IMG/VR virus record: IMGVR_UViG_3300020160_000289
Coordinates: 27,549-91,548 of that record
Length of the DNA: 64,000 bases
Source of the DNA: a virus
Strand: one strand, 5' to 3'
Shown here: one piece after another, positions 39,562 through 47,151 of the stretch
Layout of the letters: each line of letters begins with the position of its first letter
Position numbering within the stretch: position 1 is the first letter of the stretch
Program-made: the position numbers and the translations under genes
Notes under the pieces: generated by a model
Databases searched by the model: none
What the model was told of the DNA's origin: nothing
What the model saw: only the letters and a program-made list of their open reading frames with translations

Positions 39562-40379
39562 ATGTAGCAACCTAAGAACTTGCTGTAACCAACGCTTTCA
39601 CGCTGTACATTTTGTTTGAATACTGGATTGCCTTGAGCATCAGCACCGGCTAATTTCTGTCCTCCACCACCTTGAACATACTGATTAAACCCACCGCCTG
39701 TTTGCGTTGCCATGCTTTTACCTGCGGCACGTTGACCTTGTAGTCTAGCTTTAGTTGCAGCTTGTTGTGCTTTAGGATCAGGAGTGTTTGAAGCTACAGC
39801 ATTTACTTTGCCTTGTTGCTGTCCAATGCCAGGTTGGACTGGAGGAGTGGTTGCCGCAGTAGCAGGATTTGCTGCCATCTGATCTTGTGCTACCTGAGCC
39901 GCAGCCGCTTGTTTCTGTTTTCTAATATCTGCCGGAGTTGGTTGAGCAACTGCTTCAGGTTCTGTTGCTGCCGGCGCTGTTGGCTCCGGAGTATTATTGG
40001 CCACCGCCGCTACCTGTCCTTGCTGTTGACCAATTCCTGGTTCAACTTTAGGAGCACCTAATTGTTTTTGTAAATCTGCTATCTCTGCTTTCTTCTGAGC
40101 AATCTGCTGTCGTATGTCAGTCGGGTCAGCAACTCCTGCTGTACTAGCACCTGTACTTGCCGGAGCTGTACCACCTGTAGCTGGAGCAGTTTGAGGAGCA
40201 GGACCACCAGCTACTGCCAGCTTACCGCCTTGATACCCCTGCTTAAATGCAGAACCCATACCTGCAAGGCCACCTATTGCAGCACCAGTTCCTTTAGCAA
40301 GTCCCCTAGCACCTGTAGCTAGAGCAGATCCAAGACCTTCATCAGTTTGTTGTTCCGAGATTAATTCTTTAATATTCAT
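39558..40379 (-). CDS. Low-complexity putative internal head protein
   Basis: 273 aa, Ala/Gln/Gly/Pro-rich. MNIKELISE start with I-x-E motifs resembles gp21-processed capsid-targeting leaders; late promoter upstream. Confidence 0.55.
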   Translation of the reverse strand: MNIKELISEQQTDEGLGSALATGARGLAKGTGAAIGGLAGMGSAFKQGYQGGKLAVAGGPAPQTAPATGGTAPASTGASTAGVADPTDIRQQIAQKKAEIADLQKQLGAPKVEPGIGQQQGQVAAVANNTPEPTAPAATEPEAVAQPTPADIRKQKQAAAAQVAQDQMAANPATAATTPPVQPGIGQQQGKVNAVASNTPDPKAQQAATKARLQGQRAAGKSMATQTGGGFNQYVQGGGGQKLAGADAQGNPVFKQNVQRESVGYSKFLGCYI

Positions 40380-40409
40380 GTCATTTTCCTAAACAGGGAT
40401 TAATACGTT

Positions 40410-40415
40410 TATTTA
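40410..40415 (-). promoter_or_regulatory. Late promoter core TAAATA
   Basis: CATAAATA 30 nt upstream of the ORF starting at 40379. Confidence 0.65.
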
Positions 40416-40422
40416 TGTGGTT

Positions 40423-40543
40423 AAATGAGCTAACGCTCATTTGCTTCTTCGCTAATCGCTCGAAGCAATTTTATATGAAACATATAGTGCGAAGCACTTA
40501 AATATTATCTAGATTAAGCGGTCACACTAAGCCCGCTAAGGGC
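40423..40543. repeat. Cluster of short inverted repeats (hairpins)
   Basis: AAATGAGC/GCTCATTT, TTGCTTC/GAAGCAA, TATATG/CATATA, AGTGC-GAA-GCACT, GCCC/GGGC. Confidence 0.85.
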
Positions 40544-40880
40544 AAAGTTGGTTGTGAACATTATCTGAGTATCACAGTCACATAGCGTTAGAGCGGTTAC
40601 AGTGGCGGTTGTCCGGTACCACGAGCTCTGTCTTAACAACGGCGGCTTACAAATATACGCTATCATATTTGTAAAGCGTGGGGTTATGGTTAGTTCCCCA
40701 TCCTTGGGCCTTTTAAAATTTTCTTCAAACAATCAAACCGCGGCAGTTTAGCGATCTACGTCCTGTAAAGGATAGTGATTGAGTACTCTTTGCGGCGAGA
40801 GATTTCCATCCCAGCGACCCGAGGTCCTGGTTTAGGGCACCAGAAGTTTGCCAGTGCGAGCGTTATTACCGCGTGATGAG
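40505..40880 (-). ncRNA. Candidate large structured non-coding RNA (family unassigned)
   Basis: Largest non-coding gap in the window, richer in GC than other intergenic spacers, with multiple stems and a 7-bp loop-distal pairing. Strand is inferred from the flanking genes. Confidence 0.55.
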
Positions 40881-40881
40881 C

Positions 40882-41310
40882 CTAAATTTTATTTTTTATG
40901 TGAGAGCCATGGACACGGACTGAGATCTGTCCGTTATAATATTCATTTGATTCTAATACTTTGCGGTCGAATTGTTCTCGGGCCTCAATGTAAGATGTTT
41001 CTGCTTTGCTTTTACAGTAGTGTAAAATTTCTCTTGTGAAGTTTTCTTTGCCGTGCAACTCAACGTCCTTGTTGAGTTCTAAGTTTGAGCCATAATAGTC
41101 TTGCCAGTCGCTTTCTATTTTGCTTCTGATCTTCTTTTTCTTCTTGTTGCCGTTCTTTAACTTTACAGTCTTGTAGGTCGTTTTACTAAACTTTGCTAAT
41201 TTTTTGCCAACATAAAGCCTGCCAGAAGTATTACATGAGATGAGATAAACGAATCCCACACAATCCTCAGGCAGTTCTGTGACTATAGAACCTTTATGGT
41301 ACCAAGTCAT
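40882..41310 (-). CDS. GIY-YIG endonuclease (T4 endonuclease II-like)
   Basis: 142 aa. GFVY..YVGKK, YYGS, FTREIL, IEAREQF, YYNG. Confidence 0.8.
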   Translation of the reverse strand: MTWYHKGSIVTELPEDCVGFVYLISCNTSGRLYVGKKLAKFSKTTYKTVKLKNGNKKKKKIRSKIESDWQDYYGSNLELNKDVELHGKENFTREILHYCKSKAETSYIEAREQFDRKVLESNEYYNGQISVRVHGSHIKNKI

Positions 41311-41313
41311 TGA

Positions 41314-41508
41314 TTACTTTGCTGCCTTAGCTTCCTTGCGAGCGTTCTTCTCGGCAGTGATTTCATTGCGGCGGGCTTTGACTGCCTTGCCGACATCAGC
41401 TAATGCCTTGCGGGCGCGAGTACCTGCGGCGCTGTTACCTTTTTCAAACTTTTCGTTTTCTGACATATATGCTTCGTATGCAGCTAGTAAATCTTGTTGT
41501 GTGTTCAT
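41314..41508 (-). CDS. Histone H1-like Hc1-family DNA-binding protein
   Basis: 64 aa. KGNSAAGTRARKAL motif and basic tail. Confidence 0.75.
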   Translation of the reverse strand: MNTQQDLLAAYEAYMSENEKFEKGNSAAGTRARKALADVGKAVKARRNEITAEKNARKEAKAAK

Positions 41509-41801
41509 TTTTGTTTCCTTTTTTCTCTATCTTCTTTTCTTCGAGCTTTGGCTTCTTCCTTTTCTCGAAGTTGATTTCTATGTTCAGCCCATAATCTTTT
41601 TTGTTCTGCTTTATAGGCTTCTCTAAAAATCATTACTTCTGATCTATAAGCATGCATGTGGTCTTGTAGATCAGTTATTGCCCGCTTTAGCCTTAGCGAA
41701 GGTTCGTGGGTTGCGTTCTTTTTAAATGCTATGTGAGCATTGTGTATCTCCGCAACTTTATCGATAAATTCACTATAGACCTTGTCGTAATTGTTTAGCA
41801 T
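41505..41801 (-). CDS. Hypothetical basic helical protein
   Basis: 98 aa, translationally coupled to gp46 and the Hc1-like gene; R/K/E-rich C-terminus. Confidence 0.65.
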   Translation of the reverse strand: MLNNYDKVYSEFIDKVAEIHNAHIAFKKNATHEPSLRLKRAITDLQDHMHAYRSEVMIFREAYKAEQKRLWAEHRNQLREKEEAKARRKEDREKRKQK

Positions 41802-43579
41802 TATGCTTCAATGTAGTCGGCACTATTTGAGTAAGAGGTAAAACCATTTTCTTTTATAACTTTCAAAACGTTATTAACTCTACCAATTAACTCATCTTTG
41901 TGCGATATCAAGTATATATTCTTATTTCGTTCCCTGGCCATCTTTTTTAGGACCGCAAGCCCAGCTTCAACTCCGGCAGCATCCATGCCTGCGTCGATCA
42001 ACTCGTCAATGAATAACAAATTAATATGTTGATATAAATTTTCCCAAACATCACGGAAGGCAAAGCTCAAGGACAATATCAAACGATTGCGTTCTCCACG
42101 TGACAAGTTATCAAAGTCTAAGTCTTGCCCTAACTGAGTGATCTCAACATTAAGATCGTTAAGGAATTTTACCTGATGCGGTAGGCCTAGTTTAGAAATG
42201 TAATAGCTCAATCGCTTGTTCAAGTAGTTCAAGTTCTGGTCAATAATTTTCTTACGAATAAAACTATCTTTGTTTGTTAACAATTTTAACAGGAATTCTT
42301 GATGATCTCTATACTTTGTAAGCTCGTTTACAGTTGCCCAGTCGATCGGTTGAAGTGCTGTATGTTTTAGCTCTTCAATTTGTTCTTCGTACGGGTTTGC
42401 TTCTACAACTTTAGATTCTAAACTACGCTCTAAGCTAGCAAGATTATTTTTATGTCCCAACGCTTCTGCTTCTGTCTCATAAAATGTTTCCGGCCTCCGA
42501 GGAACATCACCTGTACCTATTTCATCTACAATCTTTTTTAAATCCTGCGATACTTTATCAAAGTATTTCATGGCTTCGCCTAAATGATGAGTAGCACTAG
42601 CAGTCATTTCTTCGTGTTTATGGTCGTGAAGTTCTTGTTCGCAAGCATGACAAGTCTTATTTGCTAGACTTTCTAATTCTTTTCCATACTTTGTTAGACT
42701 TTTTTCGGCTTGACCGACAGCAGATTCTAAAGTTGCTCGCTGTTTGTTTAAATTTTGAATCTTAGTTTTGTGTTCAAGCCATGCTTTAAGCTGAGCATGG
42801 GCCGCTAATTCTGCGTCGATGTCAACGCTTTCTAATTGTAATATTGCCTTGCCCAGGCTTTCTAATTCTTGATCTTTCTTAGTTTCCCAAGCACTGCTCT
42901 TTAAACCTAGGCTGTTGATGCTCTTTTGAACGTTTTCGTTGGCAGTTTTAATACCTTCGATCTTAAATGTTTCAGTTTGAATAGCATCTTTTGTGGTTTT
43001 AACTTCAGTTTTAAGCTTCTCTGCCTTCTCTGATAATAGAGTTATGCCTAACAGTTGCTCAATTACTTCACGTTGATCTGCCGCTTTAAGACTCAAAAAC
43101 GGTTCAGTATAGGTGTTCAATGCCACTAGATGCTTGAACATAGTATGGGTCATGCCCAGCATCAGCTCGATTGCCTTCTGTGTTTCTCTACTGTCGCCCT
43201 GCGACTCGTCATCATCCTTGGCTTTTTGCTCTTCTTCATTAACAAACAGCCTGAGTATGTTAGGTTTGCGACCTCGTTCGATACGAAATGCTTGCCCGTT
43301 AACCTCGAACTCAACTGTAACCAGCATGTGCTTGGCATTAGTCTTGTTAATTAAGTTTTCTTTTCTAATATTGGTCAATGCTTGGCCGTAGAGAGCATAG
43401 CTGATTGCGTTAACAATCGTAGTTTTGCCTGTGCCATTGCGAGATCCGCTGTCATCCCCACCTAGGTCTAAGTTTTCGCCTAGTACTAAAGTTAGTGCTT
43501 CTTTAGAAAAATCAACGGCTTGTGTTTGATTACCGACACTTAGGAAGTTTTTTACTGTTATATTTTTTATTTTGAACAT
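41801..43579 (-). CDS. gp46: Recombination endonuclease ATPase subunit (Rad50/SbcC-like)
   Basis: Walker A NGTGKTT, CHAC zinc hook, LSRGE signature, LLFIDE Walker B, ISH. Confidence 0.95.
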   Translation of the reverse strand: MFKIKNITVKNFLSVGNQTQAVDFSKEALTLVLGENLDLGGDDSGSRNGTGKTTIVNAISYALYGQALTNIRKENLINKTNAKHMLVTVEFEVNGQAFRIERGRKPNILRLFVNEEEQKAKDDDESQGDSRETQKAIELMLGMTHTMFKHLVALNTYTEPFLSLKAADQREVIEQLLGITLLSEKAEKLKTEVKTTKDAIQTETFKIEGIKTANENVQKSINSLGLKSSAWETKKDQELESLGKAILQLESVDIDAELAAHAQLKAWLEHKTKIQNLNKQRATLESAVGQAEKSLTKYGKELESLANKTCHACEQELHDHKHEEMTASATHHLGEAMKYFDKVSQDLKKIVDEIGTGDVPRRPETFYETEAEALGHKNNLASLERSLESKVVEANPYEEQIEELKHTALQPIDWATVNELTKYRDHQEFLLKLLTNKDSFIRKKIIDQNLNYLNKRLSYYISKLGLPHQVKFLNDLNVEITQLGQDLDFDNLSRGERNRLILSLSFAFRDVWENLYQHINLLFIDELIDAGMDAAGVEAGLAVLKKMARERNKNIYLISHKDELIGRVNNVLKVIKENGFTSYSNSADYIEA

Positions 43580-44592
43580 TATAGGCTATTATAGATATCT
43601 AATAAAGTCTTTTTATCGAACTGATCGCTGTCGATATTAACAAGTTGCTCAGTTACAATCTGATCAACGCTTTCAAATTTACTGTCTACTTGATCTTCTA
43701 GTACAGCATCTAAATTATCTTTGTCCTGTATTAAACTGATTTCTCTAACATCGTGTTCTTTAACAAATGTCTCTTTGATAAAGTTAGCTTCTTCAAAGCT
43801 GATATCGATATCTAGGTTGACTTTTAGATACATTTTACTTTTCATAATTGTATCTTTTTCGTCAATTAATCGACTAAGTTTAACTGATCTAAATTTAGGA
43901 GCATCGGGCCAGACACGATATTCAGGAGTTCCTCCCCAATCCATAAACATCATACCTCGATCATCGTCCCATGTATCGGAAAAATTGTGCGGAAACGCAT
44001 TGCCGATATAGACAATCTTGTCACGGGCTTGTCGTTTATGGAAGTGACCACTAAAAACATAGTCTTGATGCTTGAAGTGATTGGCCTGTAATTCCCCGTG
44101 ATCAGGCATTTGTACCATAGCGTTCATATAGAACAGGGGTAATTCAAAATGCCCGAACATGTATTTGCTTTTAACTTGACTGATAGTCTTCCACTCGTCA
44201 CCTACTAACCACGGTACAAGGGTAACATCGCCTAAAGTGGTGACAGAGTCTACGACAGTTACGCCGGGAATATGGCGTCCGAACGCACTACTATGGATGT
44301 CTCGCTTGTCCTTGTAGAACAAATCATGGTTACCTGGGAACCAAAAGAACTGCTCAAATGCGGCACCTAGCTTTTCTAAGCACCGCATTGAAGTATCTAA
44401 CGTAATTAAATTGATTGAGTTACGATTATGATGCCAATCCCCGAGGAAGATACAAGTTTCACAACCTTCTTTTTTAGCTTCAACAATAAACCAATCTACA
44501 AAATCTTCACAATCTTGATTGTGTGTAGAACTATTTGATTTTAGTCCAAAATGTATATCGGTAAAACAAGCAACTTTCTTGAATAATGGCAT
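43579..44592 (-). CDS. gp47: Recombination endonuclease nuclease subunit (Mre11/SbcD-like)
   Basis: DIHFG, GDWHH, GNHD, GHFE, SGHFH phosphoesterase motifs. Confidence 0.95.
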   Translation of the reverse strand: MPLFKKVACFTDIHFGLKSNSSTHNQDCEDFVDWFIVEAKKEGCETCIFLGDWHHNRNSINLITLDTSMRCLEKLGAAFEQFFWFPGNHDLFYKDKRDIHSSAFGRHIPGVTVVDSVTTLGDVTLVPWLVGDEWKTISQVKSKYMFGHFELPLFYMNAMVQMPDHGELQANHFKHQDYVFSGHFHKRQARDKIVYIGNAFPHNFSDTWDDDRGMMFMDWGGTPEYRVWPDAPKFRSVKLSRLIDEKDTIMKSKMYLKVNLDIDISFEEANFIKETFVKEHDVREISLIQDKDNLDAVLEDQVDSKFESVDQIVTEQLVNIDSDQFDKKTLLDIYNSL

Positions 44593-44613
44593 TAATTAGG
44601 CTCTCCTAGAACT

Positions 44614-44643
44614 AGTATAACAGAATTACACTAGTAAGATCAA
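44614..44643 (-). promoter_or_regulatory. sigma70-type promoter for gp47-gp46
   Basis: TTGATC-18 nt-TATACT with an extended -10 TG; GGAG SD downstream. Confidence 0.7.
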
Positions 44644-45545
44644 GCCCCTTCCTCTTCTTCGACGTCCGGTTCTTCTGATTTAGGCTGTCTAAAGTGTTTG
44701 TACAACTCTGCTTGTCGAGCAGTTTCTTCTGCGTATTCATCTCGACTTTGACGAGTAGAACTAGGAGTTAACCCATTTACTTCTAACATGTCATCACGAA
44801 TATTCTGCATCTTCTTTTCAATGTTTAATACTCGAGTAAAACTGTTAGTAACGGCAGCGGTATAGTAGGCAAACGGGTTTTCACTTTTTGATTCGTCAAA
44901 CTGTAATCCAATTTGGCTTAGTTGTAGGATCGCCTGTCCGCGCATTTCTTCATTGTAGGTATACCCCCGCCAATTGCTACGTTGTGCGTAACGTTCGCTA
45001 AGTTTAATAAACATGCGACCTAAGTTTTCTGTAATTCGACCATGGTCTTTGCTAAAGTTGCCTTTGTCTAAAGTTCCTTTCCAGTGACTTTTTCCAACAC
45101 ATACTAGTTCATCATTGTCCTCAAATTTCCAATGCTGGAAAGGAGGAAAGTTAATTTTGTCATGAGCATCTGCTGTACTTTTAACTGTTTTCTTTCTTCC
45201 AGGAGCCTCTGGAATATGATCAAACGTCATGATTCTAAAAACTAATTCGTTTTTTTGTATAGTTTTATAGTCCGGAGTCACATCTGCTAGTTTAATTTTT
45301 TTATCTCCGTCTAACCTTGCTTGATTAAACGCAAGCAATCCTAGTCTTTTTGCTTTAATTCTTTTTGCTTCGGCGATCGTTCTAATATTAATCTTATCTA
45401 GATTTGTTAAGATTATATCGTGCTGACTATATTCTGGTTTGATAAAACTTGAAAACGTAACCTTACTTCTATGTATTTCTGCTAATAAATCTCTATTATT
45501 TAAATACCGGACTTTGCGTCCTGTGGGCGATATTGATGTGGCCAT
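44640..45545 (-). CDS. gp55: Late-transcription sigma factor (gp55-like)
   Basis: YLNNRDLL, NWRGYTYNEEM, FDESKSENPFAYYT, EKK motifs; gp55-gp47-gp46 synteny. Confidence 0.88.
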   Translation of the reverse strand: MATSISPTGRKVRYLNNRDLLAEIHRSKVTFSSFIKPEYSQHDIILTNLDKINIRTIAEAKRIKAKRLGLLAFNQARLDGDKKIKLADVTPDYKTIQKNELVFRIMTFDHIPEAPGRKKTVKSTADAHDKINFPPFQHWKFEDNDELVCVGKSHWKGTLDKGNFSKDHGRITENLGRMFIKLSERYAQRSNWRGYTYNEEMRGQAILQLSQIGLQFDESKSENPFAYYTAAVTNSFTRVLNIEKKMQNIRDDMLEVNGLTPSSTRQSRDEYAEETARQAELYKHFRQPKSEEPDVEEEEGA

Positions 45546-45570
45546 CTTGGTGTGGTCTCCTTTATTTGTT

Positions 45571-45600
45571 AGTGTAGCATTTACGCAACACCGTTGTCAA
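45571..45600 (-). promoter_or_regulatory. sigma70-type promoter for gp55
   Basis: TTGACA-18 nt-TACACT with an extended -10 TG; AAGGAG SD downstream. Confidence 0.8.
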
Positions 45601-45619
45601 CCATTAAAAAACTGTGTTT

Positions 45620-45635
45620 TATTTATGGGTAAATA
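45620..45635. promoter_or_regulatory. Back-to-back late promoter pair
   Basis: TTATTTA-TGGG-TAAATAA palindrome: TAAATA on the minus strand at 45620-45625 and on the plus strand at 45630-45635. Confidence 0.65.
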
Positions 45636-45654
45636 ACGGTATAGGAAAATAACT

Positions 45655-46854
45655 ATGGCCACATTAGACGAACTAGACGCACAATGGAACGCACAATATG
45701 CGGTAGTGCTAGCAAAGAACAAAGAACGCATCGCCGCTCTAACAGCCGTTGCTCTATCTGCCGAATATCAAAATGGCAACGAAGCTACTAAAAGCCGTCT
45801 GGAAAGCCAATCGGGACCTGCTGAAGCAGCCAGATTAGCATTTAACGAAGAAAATCAAAAGCTCACGGCAATAGCAAATGAATTTAATGCAGCCAAGCGC
45901 GAAGCGGCCGCCGCCGCCAAGGCCGCCGCCGCAGAAGCAAAAGCTGCCGAACCTGAATCTACTGTTAAAACTCCGGGAGCGACAAACGATTCTCAGAGCG
46001 ATCAAGCAACAACTAATGCCTATGCTAATCCTAGTTTAACACCGGATCCGACGACACAAACATTTGACGACGGCAGTTCTATCCAAACATTCGATGACGG
46101 ATCTACTTTAGTCACAGATTCCGAAGGTGGATATTCATCAACTAACAGTACTGATTCTGATTCAGGGCAAGAGTCTCGTTTTGGTAATCTTAGAAGTATT
46201 TTTGGAGGTGCTATATCTAAAGGAGCAGAACCCTCAACTTCTAAAGGCGCATCGGCAAAATGGGGCGGAGCAAAAGATCTTAGAGCTTATTTGCGTGTAC
46301 CTGGCTCTTATCTATCAAGCAACTATACAAGCGCATTGAGAGAATTTGCAGGAATATTATTTCCCTATACGCCGGACATTAGTTATGACAATCAGGCAAA
46401 TTATTCTGCGGTAAATCCTACACACTCTAACTATACACAATATTTTTTCAAGAACAGTTCTGTTAGTGCGATATCAGTAACTGGAAAATTTACAGTACAA
46501 AATGAAAAAGAAGCAATTATATACCTAAGCGTTCTTCACTTATTAAGATCTTTAACAAAGATGCGCTTTGGCGACGACTCCAACGCCGGAGCCCCACCGC
46601 CGGTTTGTAGGTTTGACGCATACGGTGATTTTATGTTAAGCAATGTTCCTGTTTCAGTAGCATCTTTTAAAACTGAATTACCAAATAATGTTGATTATAT
46701 TTCAGTTAAGAGCGGAAATTTTAAAACTAGTTTAGTTCCTACAATTTCTACTATTAACCTTTCATTGAATTTAATGTACAGTAGAAAAGAAATTCAAGAA
46801 TTTTCTGTCGACGGATGGTTGTCAGGAAGTCTTAAAGGTAGAGGATATCTATGA
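45655..46854 (+). CDS. Baseplate tail-tube cap/initiator (gp48/gp54-like)
   Basis: 399 aa. LFPYTPDISY, GAPPPVCRFDAYG, VPVSVASFKTELP tube-fold motifs; precedes the gp53-like gene. Confidence 0.65.
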   Translation: MATLDELDAQWNAQYAVVLAKNKERIAALTAVALSAEYQNGNEATKSRLESQSGPAEAARLAFNEENQKLTAIANEFNAAKREAAAAAKAAAAEAKAAEPESTVKTPGATNDSQSDQATTNAYANPSLTPDPTTQTFDDGSSIQTFDDGSTLVTDSEGGYSSTNSTDSDSGQESRFGNLRSIFGGAISKGAEPSTSKGASAKWGGAKDLRAYLRVPGSYLSSNYTSALREFAGILFPYTPDISYDNQANYSAVNPTHSNYTQYFFKNSSVSAISVTGKFTVQNEKEAIIYLSVLHLLRSLTKMRFGDDSNAGAPPPVCRFDAYGDFMLSNVPVSVASFKTELPNNVDYISVKSGNFKTSLVPTISTINLSLNLMYSRKEIQEFSVDGWLSGSLKGRGYL

Positions 46855-47150
46855 CAACTTATTCTAAAACAAGTCCGTATTATACAACTGAAGAAACTGG
46901 ATCGTATCTGGATGTTATTAATTTTAGAGATATTCCGGCGCAATCCGACGATATTCTTTTTATGGTAACCCAACAATATACGCATCGCCCAGATTTGCTT
47001 GCTTACGATCTCTATAGTGATGTTAACTTGTGGTGGGTATTTTCTGTAAGAAATAAAGATGTCTTAAAAGATCCTATATATGATATGACAGCAGGACAGA
47101 GAATATATCTTCCTAAATTATCTACAATAACAAACTCTCTAGGATTGTAA
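46851..47150 (+). CDS. Baseplate wedge protein gp53-like (LysM-like)
   Basis: HRPDLLAYDLYSDVNLWWVF..N..KDP..G..IYLP. Confidence 0.82.
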   Translation: MTTYSKTSPYYTTEETGSYLDVINFRDIPAQSDDILFMVTQQYTHRPDLLAYDLYSDVNLWWVFSVRNKDVLKDPIYDMTAGQRIYLPKLSTITNSLGL

Positions 47151-47151
47151 T

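Noticed and set aside
40514-40732. 72-aa minus-strand ORF in the structured region
   Set aside because: TTG start, no SD and atypical composition; base-pairing explains the region better
40505-40880. Group I intron with GIY-YIG homing endonuclease, tmRNA or RNase P
   Set aside because: No interrupted host gene and no recognisable P7/J8-7, tRNA-like ends or RNase P P4 motifs; the nuclease is the short stand-alone endonuclease II type
46055-46110. QTFDDGSSIQTFDDGSTL tandem repeat in the gp48-like gene
   Set aside because: Short coding duplication in a disordered linker with no evidence of a separate function
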